In this document: in pieces, positions 49,073 to 58,815 of the stretch | Numbering within the stretch: position 1 is the stretch's first letter | Layout of the letters: every line of letters begins with the position of its first letter | IMG/VR virus record: IMGVR_UViG_3300038558_000079 | Location: 26,555 to 90,554 of that record | Reading direction: 5' to 3' (one strand) | Source: a virus | DNA: 64,000 bases | Notes under the pieces: model-generated | The model's input: the letters and a program-made list of their open reading frames with translations, nothing else | The model's database searches: none | Told to the model about the DNA's origin: nothing | Translations under genes and position numbers: made by a program

Positions 49073-50380
49073 TCAGGGGTCAAATTTACGAAGATATTCT
49101 AGGCTCGGTAGTTCCAGAACCTCAAAAGTAATCCCATTCTTTTCGAGTAATGCCACTCCATAACCTGCTTTCACTTTCTCTGAAAGATATCTAGACAATC
49201 CATTTTTCCCAAACTTTGCTGCTATCTCTATGGCAGCTTTACCAGGGTATAAATGCCAAGCTATATCCCTAGCTGTCGAGATTCCACTAGCACCGATGCT
49301 TTCTACAGTTTCACTCTGGCATCCGACAAACATTTGGACTTTTTGACCTCTAAAATTGAAGAATGCTGACTTAATGCACTGCTCCATATACCCCTTCGCT
49401 TTTATGATTTCCTTCTTGTCTTTTTCGGGGTCTAGAAAACCATTGGTATAGATATCTGACCATTCATCTCCAAAGATACGCCAATATTGGGCATCAGCAC
49501 TCATACCATATTGTTGGCGATTAGTACTTTCCCGGAATGTAGCCGCTACAAAGTCTAGATAGTGACTACCATCAGGTTTTGCTGTTAGATACCAGGTGAG
49601 GTCGTGGGATTCTAAGGTGTCAAAGTTTGATGTATCTCCGATATACCGCCCCTTTTCTCTGTCAGCGTCATAGCCAAATTTCAGATCGTAAACTTCTGCC
49701 AATGCTGCATTCCGATGGTCATGTATTTTTGGAGTAGCAAGGACTTTGTACCCCTCTAACTTTTCAAAGATAGAGGCGACAGTTACAGTCTTTCCACTCC
49801 CCTGTTCCGCAACGACCATCACCACAGGATACCTGTTGATATCATTCAGTGCATCAGGTGTAATCGCGATCGCACCATCAGGAATTTCTGACTGGCGTGT
49901 CTTTGTAATGACTGGATGTACGGTTACGGGTAGTGGAGGTTTTGACTCAGGTGTGTCTACCTTCTGTTGTGGAGTTTTCTGTGAAGGTGTAGGGATTGGC
50001 GATTGTGGTACAGGGATTGGCGTTGGCAGCGTTTGAGAGAGGTTTTCAATGATGGTTTCTTGTGCTACAACCTCATGGCTATCTAGAATAGCCTGAGCCT
50101 CAATTACACCTTTCTGGAGTAATAAATTTTGTGTAATTTCTCTCTGTTGTTCAAAGATGCTAGCAGATTGTGCAGCTACTAAGGCATCTTTACTGGCTGA
50201 TGCTAAGAAAGCTGTACTAGTAAGTAGTGCAGCAGCTTTAATAGCACCCTTAGTGGGGACTGTACCGCTAATACCTACTACCAATGCTGATAGTCCTAAC
50301 AATGCACTAATTATTATCTGTGCATTTAGCGCATTGTAATCCGGTAATGTAATGTCCTCTATCTCGAATATACCTCTCAT
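49073..50380 (-). CDS. membrane-anchored P-loop ATPase (FtsK/HerA/VirD4-like)
   Basis: Two N-terminal TM helices, Pro-rich linker, Walker A AEQGSGKT, Walker B IFGDEW, VGCQS. Confidence 0.65.
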   Translation of the reverse strand: MRGIFEIEDITLPDYNALNAQIIISALLGLSALVVGISGTVPTKGAIKAAALLTSTAFLASASKDALVAAQSASIFEQQREITQNLLLQKGVIEAQAILDSHEVVAQETIIENLSQTLPTPIPVPQSPIPTPSQKTPQQKVDTPESKPPLPVTVHPVITKTRQSEIPDGAIAITPDALNDINRYPVVMVVAEQGSGKTVTVASIFEKLEGYKVLATPKIHDHRNAALAEVYDLKFGYDADREKGRYIGDTSNFDTLESHDLTWYLTAKPDGSHYLDFVAATFRESTNRQQYGMSADAQYWRIFGDEWSDIYTNGFLDPEKDKKEIIKAKGYMEQCIKSAFFNFRGQKVQMFVGCQSETVESIGASGISTARDIAWHLYPGKAAIEIAAKFGKNGLSRYLSEKVKAGYGVALLEKNGITFEVLELPSLEYLRKFDP

Positions 50381-50775
50381 CTCTTGTTCTCTCTCCTTTG
50401 ATAGATTCTTTCCAGCACTACAGCTAGTAGAAATGTTCCAGCCGACATTAAGATGTTTATCCCGTTCACTTCGCCTATCTTAAATGCTAAGAGGTAGAGA
50501 TAGAGAGCATCCCACCAGCCCGCTACCAAGCTAAAGAAAATCGCTCCAAATATCCCCGCCGCTAGTAGGCGATACTCACGTACCCGCGTTACCAGAAATA
50601 CTACCAATGATGTTAGTAGGGTTCCTAACTGTAAGAAACCACCACCCGGTATTAACACGGGTATGAGACGGGATATTATACTTAGTGTTGTACTAAGTGC
50701 CAATAGAGCGCCAAGTCCTAATGCAATAGCAAGTAACTTATAGTTTCTTTCTAACTTTGATGACTTATCAGTCAT
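50377..50775 (-). CDS. polytopic membrane protein (about 4 TM)
   Basis: Four hydrophobic segments; ATGA coupling to the ATPase gene. Confidence 0.7.
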   Translation of the reverse strand: MTDKSSKLERNYKLLAIALGLGALLALSTTLSIISRLIPVLIPGGGFLQLGTLLTSLVVFLVTRVREYRLLAAGIFGAIFFSLVAGWWDALYLYLLAFKIGEVNGINILMSAGTFLLAVVLERIYQRRENKR

Positions 50776-50785
50776 AATGGACTCC

Positions 50786-51346
50786 TTAAATTGAGATTAA
50801 TAGTAATAGCAGCAATACCACTAATGCACCTATGGGTATTGCTAGAGATCTGAATACATTATTAGCACTCTCTAACCAGCTAACCCTCTTATATCTGATG
50901 CCCTTAAGTCTTTCCCTGCTTAACTCAAGCGCTATATCACCTAGTTGTTGTTGGTACTTTAGAGGGGGATAAGTAGTTGGGAAATTCCCCACAATTTCAC
51001 CCTGAATTAATTGCCAATTGGTTTGTAACTTCTTAATAACTTCTGACCTATTCCTATTCCCCCATTGCGGATTGTCCTTATCCCTTATGTAATATTCGGG
51101 TGTATGGAGTAGATGGTGGCATGAGCCAGGTTTAGTGGTAGAACCACACACCGCTACTAAATTTTCACCAGCTATCCCGTCACTACCTTGTGTGTAGTAA
51201 AGGTGGTGTGTTTCTACAGCATCCTTACTGTAAAACGCGAGACAACACGCACACTTTACCCTCCCATCAGGATAAGTCTGTAAGCGCTTAACTTCAGCAC
51301 TTACAGTAGACCAATTCGCACTATACCTCTGGCTATAATCAATCAT
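50786..51346 (-). CDS. HNH-like nuclease with C-terminal transmembrane anchor
   Basis: CACC..ETHHLYY..NLVAVC..CHHLLH His-Me finger; ends LAIPIGALVVLLLLLLISI; likely start MIDYSQRY. Confidence 0.65.
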   Translation of the reverse strand: MIDYSQRYSANWSTVSAEVKRLQTYPDGRVKCACCLAFYSKDAVETHHLYYTQGSDGIAGENLVAVCGSTTKPGSCHHLLHTPEYYIRDKDNPQWGNRNRSEVIKKLQTNWQLIQGEIVGNFPTTYPPLKYQQQLGDIALELSRERLKGIRYKRVSWLESANNVFRSLAIPIGALVVLLLLLLISI

Positions 51347-51395
51347 TAGTGTCTGGTCATATACTATTATTAATGTTACCATATAATAGTAAGAA

Positions 51396-52145
51396 TTGAT
51401 AGACGATATGGATTTAAACAAGTTAGAAGATTTTAAAAAGCCTGTAAGTGGGACTGGGTATCCAACAGCACTTACAAAGGCTCAGACCCCACGAAAGAAT
51501 CCACAACTCAAAAAGTCCGGAAGCATCTCTAAAGGCTACCTGGGTTTTGATGTGGTAGCGGAGCTAGAAGGTGCGAACGCGGGTAGTAACTTACAGCTAC
51601 TTGCTGAGGTTCAGAAGCTAGAGACAAAGACAGCCGATATGTCAATCGCGGGTGAAGCATTACGGCGTAAAGCCAGTAACTTAGCACAACAGGGCATTAT
51701 TAGAAGCACTACTGTGCAACATATCCTGAGCGAAGCTGAGAAGTTAGCACTCGCACAGAATCAAGAGAATACTGCTGTAGGGGAATTTCTTAGCAAGATT
51801 GCGCTTGCCAATACCAAGGCTGATAACAGCGATGCCTACACGGCACATGCGGGTCGTGTAGCATTCGATGATGAGAATGCTAGCTTTGCTGAGAGAATTA
51901 GAAAGCTGTATGGTGGGGTAAAACAGAAGGCTATCAGCTACGCGGAATCCCAACAGCTTGCTGAACAACAGAAGGCACGTAAAGCGCTTGAAGGTAGTGT
52001 CCAGAAGTGGATTGAGGGGAAAGGCGACACTTCAGAAGCCATGCGTGCTTTAGATGCCTTAAAGGGCGATCGTAGCAAGAACAATGAAGGCAAGTCGGTA
52101 TTGGGGTCTTTAGGGAAGTTAGCTAAAGATACCTTTGGATTGTAA
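51396..52145 (+). CDS. coiled-coil hypothetical protein
   Basis: 249-aa Ala/Glu/Lys-rich helical ORF, divergent from the HNH operon. Confidence 0.65.
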   Translation: MIDDMDLNKLEDFKKPVSGTGYPTALTKAQTPRKNPQLKKSGSISKGYLGFDVVAELEGANAGSNLQLLAEVQKLETKTADMSIAGEALRRKASNLAQQGIIRSTTVQHILSEAEKLALAQNQENTAVGEFLSKIALANTKADNSDAYTAHAGRVAFDDENASFAERIRKLYGGVKQKAISYAESQQLAEQQKARKALEGSVQKWIEGKGDTSEAMRALDALKGDRSKNNEGKSVLGSLGKLAKDTFGL

Positions 52146-52155
52146 TGTGTACACA

Positions 52156-52201
52156 GTAAAAAAAGTATTAAGGATTCAATGTCCTTAATACTTTTTTACT
52201 T
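52156..52201. terminator. bidirectional terminator
   Basis: AAAAAAGTATTAAGGA..TCCTTAATACTTTTTT. Confidence 0.7.
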
Positions 52202-52307
52202 TACCCTACCCCCGAATACTTGGTAACGTGTTTTCTCTCTCTTATAGATACTGAGAAACACCGCTTTTGTATACCAACAAATGCGATGTTTTCTCTAAGT
52301 AGCACTA

Positions 52308-52535
52308 TTACGATGCTGGTCTTACCACCCAATTAGGATCGGCAAGGAATTCTTGAAACACTTTGTCTGTGGGGGGATATACCGCATCCCAGTCAGCCCT
52401 TGTGTAAGTCTCTGAACAGAGATGAGTTGCTATCTTCCGCTCCCAGTCTACAAGGTAGCAACTGGAATTGCAGCAGTATGGAATTGCTTGTTCGCAAAAT
52501 ACCTCAATCTCCTCAGCAGACCAGTTATTGTTCAT
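52308..52535 (-). CDS. hypothetical protein (own promoter)
   Basis: 75 aa; GGAG RBS; TTGACA-17-TAGAAT at 52565-52593. Confidence 0.65.
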   Translation of the reverse strand: MNNNWSAEEIEVFCEQAIPYCCNSSCYLVDWERKIATHLCSETYTRADWDAVYPPTDKVFQEFLADPNWVVRPAS

Positions 52536-52621
52536 CTGTCTCTCCAGTTTTTCTTGATACTCTCATTCTAGTACTACAACCGGGTAATGTCAACACATTT
52601 TAAAAGTATCTTCTCTAAATC

Positions 52622-52731
52622 GCTATAAGCCATACACTGCTTTACTTCTAGCTTCCGACATGTTTACCTCTATATAGATATTGAAAGCAACATGTCGGAA
52701 GCTGAAAACATTACCCCGTATACGCTGTAGC
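52622..52731 (-). repeat. composite palindromic element, copy 6 (core reversed)
   Basis: 24-bp core; right box overlaps the stop of ORF 52711..53544. Confidence 0.95.
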
Positions 52732-53544
52732 GATTTGAGCTACCAAATTCCGGAAAACACCCTTTAGTGCGTTATCGTCTAGTGGTAGGGACTGGATAAT
52801 GGTGTATTCTGCACTTAAACCCAGTGCCCCCGACATCATTTGTGATTCCAGTGCCACTACTCGTTTTACGGTGCAGCGACTGGCAAATGGGTAGTCATGA
52901 CGCTGGTAATAAGTAAGCCTACTACCATAAAGACTTAACTGACTCTGCCAATAGTCGATCGCCCTCTTGAGCCTCCACAGTCGCTTGAATACGTGGAGAG
53001 TAATGGGAGTGCCCTTGGGGTATCCCAAACCTCTCATGTACCCTGTGATGGTAGCGGGGGATGTATCGAAGTGTCTTGCCACTACATCCCTAAGCGCATA
53101 GTGCCCATGGTTACGTTTCACCCTTCTGAGATATCTCTGTAGTCCGGGTGGGTGTGCCCTTAAGTATCCCCCAGTCCGGATACACTTCCCGGTACTCAAC
53201 CAATAGCTGTAAGCACTGGCAAAGCGACTCATCGCACCAACGCCACCCTCCACCTTCTCCATGTACTTTGCGAGAATTCTCAAATCTCCAGTAATCAGGG
53301 ATGTGAACGAGCGCTTAGTACCACTCTCTGCTAGTAACAACACCCGGAAACACCACATCCTATAAGCGCTTGGTAGGTCAAATCGGGTGCTAATTCGTAC
53401 AGCCGTATTTATGCCTAATAATCTACAGTCGCTGGACAATACAGACGGTGATATTCCTAGCAATGCCGCCAGATCTCTCGAAAGCAATGGTGCAAAGCAT
53501 TTTGGAACATCGCAGAATAACTCGTAATGGTTTGGTGTTTTCAT
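52711..53544 (-). CDS. tandem HTH-like DNA-binding protein
   Basis: Two similar segments RDLAALLGISPSVLSSDCRLLG and RDVVARHFDTSPATITGYMRGLG; basic. Confidence 0.5.
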   Translation of the reverse strand: MKTPNHYELFCDVPKCFAPLLSRDLAALLGISPSVLSSDCRLLGINTAVRISTRFDLPSAYRMWCFRVLLLAESGTKRSFTSLITGDLRILAKYMEKVEGGVGAMSRFASAYSYWLSTGKCIRTGGYLRAHPPGLQRYLRRVKRNHGHYALRDVVARHFDTSPATITGYMRGLGYPKGTPITLHVFKRLWRLKRAIDYWQSQLSLYGSRLTYYQRHDYPFASRCTVKRVVALESQMMSGALGLSAEYTIIQSLPLDDNALKGVFRNLVAQIATAYTG

Positions 53545-53702
53545 AAAAAGCTTAAAGTGTTTACAGATATACGTTTGATGCTAGAGCCAGTAAGTCACAA
53601 TTGGCTAACTTGTAAGAAATTACGGTTAACTTTCCAGAGTACTCGCTAACTTTATTGTTATTGTCCAGAATATAAGTTATAATCAAACATAACACATCAT
53701 CC

Positions 53703-54113
53703 TTGGAAAAGACAATGGCTAAAAATCCGAATAATAGCGGCATAGTATTAACAGATGATAGTATGGGTGCAACAGGTGATGATACCCTGTTATCACCAGT
53801 CATCGAAACACCAAATGTCACTGTGTCACAGCATACAGAGAACTCCACAGAGGCAATGGCTGGGGAGATGGTCGCCCTCATCCAGGAGAACGCCTCAGTG
53901 TTGCAAGAGCTAATCAGAAGTAACACCGAGGAGGCACTAGCACAGATCCAGATGGTCTACGCCGACTGCCAGCGACAGGTTGAGGACTATTACCTCACCC
54001 AGCAACAGCAACTACAGGAAAGCATTACCGCCAGTATCGCGAGTGGTAATGCAGCGCTTCTCAAGAAGCTACAGGGTGAGAAGCTAACACTCGCTAATCT
54101 TAGGAAAAAGTAG
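53703..54113 (+). CDS. hypothetical coiled-coil protein
   Basis: Gln/Glu-rich helical C-terminal half. Confidence 0.6.
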   Translation: MEKTMAKNPNNSGIVLTDDSMGATGDDTLLSPVIETPNVTVSQHTENSTEAMAGEMVALIQENASVLQELIRSNTEEALAQIQMVYADCQRQVEDYYLTQQQQLQESITASIASGNAALLKKLQGEKLTLANLRKK

Positions 54114-54170
54114 CATCCCGTTGACATATCTGCTAGTATTATATATGGTTATGATATAGCATTAGCAGGT

Positions 54171-54467
54171 ATGTCAATGGATGTTAAGTTAAAGATTACT
54201 GATTCAGATATTGTCTATGTGGGAGATGAATTAGGTGTCCCTGTAAAGATTGAAACTGAGGCAATAACTTATGTAGGAAATAGCGAGTACGTTCGCGATG
54301 TTTTAGACTATTCGCTAGAGTGTGCGAAGGTGAAGAGAGACATTAAAGGACAGGGGATAAGAGAGAATTTTATCCTAGTCCTACCAGTGATACTGCTACT
54401 AATAATAACCGGGGTACTTATTGATAGACATTTGCCAGTAAAGCATCAAGTTGAGGTCGTAAAATGA
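54171..54467 (+). CDS. small membrane protein
   Basis: C-terminal TM; promoter TTGACA-17-TATGGT at 54121-54149. Confidence 0.6.
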   Translation: MSMDVKLKITDSDIVYVGDELGVPVKIETEAITYVGNSEYVRDVLDYSLECAKVKRDIKGQGIRENFILVLPVILLLIITGVLIDRHLPVKHQVEVVK

Positions 54468-54997
54468 TAGAGTCTAGATTTATATCCGAATTACAAGAAG
54501 TAATACCTTATGCTAATGAAAATACCTACATGGAGTTAGCACGGGGGATACAAGATAGTGGTGTACCTTTGCCATCTACTCTTGCTGAACTTCATGTGAT
54601 GATATTGGAGAGTGCGATCGCAGGAACGGCTAGAGAGTTAGGTAAGGCTAAGGTACAAACATTAGGGGAAGTCTTTAGTCAGAGTTATGTAGAGAATTTT
54701 GCTGACTGGTTAGAGGATACCGAGCCGTTACTGGTAACTAAGGATGAAGCGCTGCGCGAAGTGACTCTCAAGCTAATTCATAAAGTCGAAACTCTAAAAA
54801 GAGAGAGGACTTCTACTAAGAAGTCGGTAATTATGGCAATCCTTATGAATACTGTGCGGCTATGGGTAGCAGGAGTGGTATTCGGATTACTACTACACAA
54901 TTACCGCATCTTTAGCGGTGTAAAGGTAGTATTACTCTTTAGTAGTATAGCTAGTATTGTTAGCCCTATAGCCGTACTACTAGAGAGTGATAAGTAA
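54464..54997 (+). CDS. membrane protein
   Basis: Two C-terminal TM segments; ATGA coupling. Confidence 0.6.
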   Translation: MIESRFISELQEVIPYANENTYMELARGIQDSGVPLPSTLAELHVMILESAIAGTARELGKAKVQTLGEVFSQSYVENFADWLEDTEPLLVTKDEALREVTLKLIHKVETLKRERTSTKKSVIMAILMNTVRLWVAGVVFGLLLHNYRIFSGVKVVLLFSSIASIVSPIAVLLESDK

Positions 54998-56350
54998 ACT
55001 ACCTACACCAACCTGAGTACAGGTATGGTGTAGGCTTTCAGCAGCCCTGTACCAAATCGAATAAACTAGGTTGGAAGTACTCGACTTTCCGACATAATTC
55101 ACACGATAGGTACGAACCTCTAGGCTGGCTTACGGTCAGCCCCAAAAGTTTGATTACGTTGGCTCCATTAAAATCGGCATCGCCCTTCCAGTGGCAGTGT
55201 CCACAAGAGAAAGTCTTGCCACTACGGTAGGACTTTCCTTTTATTGGATGGATGTGCAAACACTTGTGGCAAGTCTGGCTTGTGTAGGCTGGATTGACTT
55301 TGATAATTTCAACTCCAGCACCAAGAGCTTTGTAGTCCAAGAACATTCGTAACTGAAAAAACGCCCAACTGTTAGATCGTCTGCGTTCAGTTTTGTTTCT
55401 TGGTTGCTCGTTTGTACGCTCTCGAATTCCTGTTAGGTCTTCGAGGGCAATTGAGTATTCAAACTGTTTTGCTCTACTAACAATGTGCTTACTGACGTTA
55501 TGGTTGACCCATGACTGGAAGCGCCTCTCCCGACCAGATAACCGTTGCAAAATCTGCCTAGCCCTACGTCTAGTTGACCTTGTGCCTTCTGTAGCCTTCT
55601 TTTGGAGAGATGCTCTTACCTTTGAATATTTGTCTCGAATTTCTGTTATTTGTTGTCCCGAAAAACTTTCGGACTCACTGGTTACAGCTACGTCTCTACG
55701 CCCAAAGTCCACCCCAATTACACCTTGGGATTTTTGAGGACTTGGAGCTTCATTCTTTACCTGAATATTGACCGAGTAAGTACCATTTTGATACTTAACC
55801 AGTGTTGCCGATGTTGGCGTAAAACCAGATAATTTTCCTTTCTGGTAACTACCAACATCAACTAGGAAACGCTCTCTCCCACCAACTAACGTTAGCGACA
55901 CTGACCAATCTTTCTCTCTAAAGGAGAAAATTCGTGCATCGTAATCAACAGAGGTTGGGAGAAACTTTTTAACGGGTTTGCTCATTCGCTTCGCTGTTTT
56001 GCGATTGGCACTCACCCGATTGATAGCACGGATAGCAAGGTTGGAAGCTAGCCCAAAACGTTCCCTCACTTCACCATAAACCTGATTTTGGATGGTTACG
56101 TTGTGGGTAATCTTGGGTTCTACAGCTTCGTTGATATGGTTGCAAGCACCCGCAAACGCTTGAAGGGTCGCATCTATCTTGGCAACCTGTTCGGGAGTCG
56201 GATTAATTTTGCAGACTATCGTCAACACTTGCTTTTCCATACCATGATTATATCACTGCAATGATTATTTGTGTCGCGCTACATCCTGTCCGCAATTCCT
56301 CTCATCACCAAATCGGAGATTATGGCGGGAGCCTCCTTGCGGTTGAAGGT
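54994..56350 (-). mobile_element. IS200/IS605-family element, tnpB only (IS1341-like)
   Basis: Right-end hairpin GCCTACACC..GGTGTAGG ending TTAC at 54994; left-end hairpin at ~56290-56345; left boundary approximate. Confidence 0.75.
55038..56240 (-). CDS. tnpB: TnpB RNA-guided nuclease
   Basis: RuvC D (GVDFG), E (IALED), D (DADFNGA); Zn ribbon TSQTCHKC..CGHC. Confidence 0.93.
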   Translation of the reverse strand: MEKQVLTIVCKINPTPEQVAKIDATLQAFAGACNHINEAVEPKITHNVTIQNQVYGEVRERFGLASNLAIRAINRVSANRKTAKRMSKPVKKFLPTSVDYDARIFSFREKDWSVSLTLVGGRERFLVDVGSYQKGKLSGFTPTSATLVKYQNGTYSVNIQVKNEAPSPQKSQGVIGVDFGRRDVAVTSESESFSGQQITEIRDKYSKVRASLQKKATEGTRSTRRRARQILQRLSGRERRFQSWVNHNVSKHIVSRAKQFEYSIALEDLTGIRERTNEQPRNKTERRRSNSWAFFQLRMFLDYKALGAGVEIIKVNPAYTSQTCHKCLHIHPIKGKSYRSGKTFSCGHCHWKGDADFNGANVIKLLGLTVSQPRGSYLSCELCRKVEYFQPSLFDLVQGC

Positions 56351-56361
56351 GAGCGTGCTAG

Positions 56362-56967
56362 CTAGTCACCTGTAATCTGCTTTTGTGTCTGTAACGAGTT
56401 AGAGAAGTTCTCTAGCTCTATTTTCGCTGCGTTGAGGGTGTGGTCGATCTCCTCTTGGAAACAAGTTTTGAGGTATTCGAGGTTACTAGCTAAGGTTCCT
56501 GAGATATTACCCGTCAGGCTAACGAGCCGCCGCTTATCGTCAGCGGTTAGTTTTGGTTTTTCGACTAACTTCGCTACTTCACTCTCTAACTCCTGTACTT
56601 TGGACTGCATGACTTTCAGGTAGTCGTTCAATTCCCCTTCAAATACCTCACGGGTATTGATTGGAGGACATTCTTCTATATACCCTTCTCCTTGACGATA
56701 GGTGAGAGTACACGGTGTCCCCTCACCTTGCCCGCTACTCATCACAAACTGTGCAAATTGAGCCAAGGACAACTCAACCTCCAGTATTGGTTTGTCAGCA
56801 CGATGCCAGTTACTGTTGAGTTTTCGACAGTGAGAGGCCGTACTTATTCTGAGTACGGCGGTCACCTCATGTTTCGCAGCACTACCAAAGAGGGGTTTTC
56901 CCCTACTTGAGTACCGTCGTGTTAGTGTGATAATACCGTAACTGGGGTGTTTGGTTGTGACTTCCAT
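56362..56967 (-). CDS. conserved phage hypothetical protein
   Basis: HPSYG...LFGS...EVELS..QFA...GEGTPCT; own promoter TTGACA-17-TAACAT at 56998-57026. Confidence 0.65.
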   Translation of the reverse strand: MEVTTKHPSYGIITLTRRYSSRGKPLFGSAAKHEVTAVLRISTASHCRKLNSNWHRADKPILEVELSLAQFAQFVMSSGQGEGTPCTLTYRQGEGYIEECPPINTREVFEGELNDYLKVMQSKVQELESEVAKLVEKPKLTADDKRRLVSLTGNISGTLASNLEYLKTCFQEEIDHTLNAAKIELENFSNSLQTQKQITGD

Positions 56968-57054
56968 TGTGCATCTCCTTACTCTTGATACCCCCCCATG
57001 TTACCTTTTGTGTGGGGGAATGTCAACACCTTTAAAATTCTGAGTTGCCAAATG

Positions 57055-57165
57055 CCTAGAAGTGTTACACTGTAAGCATCCTAGCTTCCGACATATTGTA
57101 TCCTTTATCTATAATAGAGGTAAACATGTCGGAAGCTGAGAACCTTATAGTGTATAGCCTGTAGG
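57055..57165 (+). repeat. composite palindromic element, copy 7
   Basis: 25-bp core; flanked on both sides by divergent TTGACA promoters 28 bp away. Confidence 0.93.
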
Positions 57166-57250
57166 GATTCAGAGATAAAAGTTTTGAAAAGTATTGACAT
57201 TGCCTTTGTCTTGATATATGATAGAGATATCAACCAGAGAGAGGAGAGGT

Positions 57251-57691
57251 ATGAACAACTTAACCATTACACCACAGGGCGATAACCTCTATACAGTGGT
57301 TATCGGAGGGATGAGCAAGGGGAAGATGCAAGATTGGGCATCTTTACTAGTAGGAGATGATGCGCTCGTCACCGAGCCAGAGGATGGTAACTGGAAGTAT
57401 GTCTTCGCAATTGGGAACGTTACACAAAAGGGTGTTGAAAAGCTTCGTGGGTATGACTACACCTTGCATCCAAGTAGTTGTACCCCAGAACTCTTAGAAG
57501 GGGGTGATGTCATCCCCAAAGATGTACCAGAACTGAAATCGGGTTTCCGATTCAGAAGGCGGGATGGATATATGGCGACTTACCTGTTCAAAGCCCAGCA
57601 GGGTTATTGCTTTATCACAGAAACAGAAGCCCGCCCACTTCTGATGGCGGTTAAAGAAGACGACTTAAGGGGCTTTCTATGCGCATCCTAG
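57251..57691 (+). CDS. hypothetical protein
   Basis: GAGGAGAGG RBS before ATG 57251; promoter TTGACA-17-TATGAT at 57194-57222. Confidence 0.65.
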   Translation: MNNLTITPQGDNLYTVVIGGMSKGKMQDWASLLVGDDALVTEPEDGNWKYVFAIGNVTQKGVEKLRGYDYTLHPSSCTPELLEGGDVIPKDVPELKSGFRFRRRDGYMATYLFKAQQGYCFITETEARPLLMAVKEDDLRGFLCAS

Positions 57692-57765
57692 CTGAAATAT
57701 TGCTCTGGTATGGCACATTAAGTGTAATGTGCTACCTAATACACCATTAACTACAAGGAATAACG

Positions 57766-58059
57766 ATGAATATTAAAATTGAAATCGATTGGAACAGCAT
57801 GGATTGGCAACAGTACAATCACTTACTATTTGGCGCTCATGCCCAGGTCGATGAAGCAAAATTAAGTCACCTACCTCCGAATTTCTCAGGATGGAATACA
57901 GGAGTTCTCATCCTACTTCCCGTGAAAATCACCCAAAATGGGGAATATACAGACATTGATGTAATGGGAGAGATCGTAGAAGTCCTCTACATCGATACCG
58001 TATCGTCCCCCTACAATGTAAGGCTAACAGTTAAGATGCTGAAGCCTTACACGCTATAA
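57766..58059 (+). CDS. hypothetical protein
   Basis: 97 aa with AAGGA RBS. Confidence 0.6.
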   Translation: MNIKIEIDWNSMDWQQYNHLLFGAHAQVDEAKLSHLPPNFSGWNTGVLILLPVKITQNGEYTDIDVMGEIVEVLYIDTVSSPYNVRLTVKMLKPYTL

Positions 58060-58161
58060 GCTACTGCTAGTGGTGGTGTGCATTGAATGTTAGTTAAAAC
58101 ACCACTTACTCAGAACTAAGCCGCCAATCACTGGCGGCTTTAAAATGTTCATTGAAAAGTA

Positions 58162-58365
58162 TCAAGATGAGATATGTGGGAATATACAGTATATATCTAT
58201 AGGTTTATCTATCCCCTCTAACTTAACTGCATACCCTGAACCTACCGGGTAATTCGTAAGCACATATTCTACCTTTGCAATATATGGTGTCAAACTGCCA
58301 TAAGTACAACCGACAGAATTCCCTTTTTTTAAGCTTTTTACCCATTCAATTGTATCGATAATCAT
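58162..58365 (-). CDS. hypothetical protein (own promoter)
   Basis: 67 aa; TTGACA-17-TAAAAT at 58395-58423. Confidence 0.6.
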   Translation of the reverse strand: MIIDTIEWVKSLKKGNSVGCTYGSLTPYIAKVEYVLTNYPVGSGYAVKLEGIDKPIDIYCIFPHISS

Positions 58366-58596
58366 TGTTGTCTTTACCTTATGCTGATACTTCTATTTTA
58401 GTGTAAAGGTAACCAGATGTCAAGAGTTTAAGCTTTAACCGTATCTGAGAGAACGAAGTGTAGAACTATCAACTTACTGGTGTTTTTAAGTATTCATTGA
58501 AATTCCCAAATGCCCTCTAGAAAACTTTTCGCGTGACTTTCTAGCTTGTGCCCCTTAACGGGAAATCAGGTGTTTTTGGCACTTGGCGAAAACTCT

Positions 58597-58719
58597 AACA
58601 TGTCGGAAGCCGTACCCGATACCCTGTATACTTTTCAGCTTCCGACATGTTGTGTTCAATATCTATAATAGGATACAACATGTCGGAAGCTAGGAAGTAA
58701 TACCAGTAAGGTGTACAGC
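58597..58719 (+). repeat. composite palindromic element, copy 8 (three arms)
   Basis: Extra AACATGTCGGAA arm on the left; outer flank is the near reverse complement of the copy-4 right flank. Confidence 0.95.
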
Positions 58720-58815
58720 GTTTTCGGGAAGTGACTTTTGAAAATGTGATATTTCACCCCACTCTGGTATACTATTGTCACTACTACTAATGGTATACTA
58801 GAGAAAAAGTAGAGA

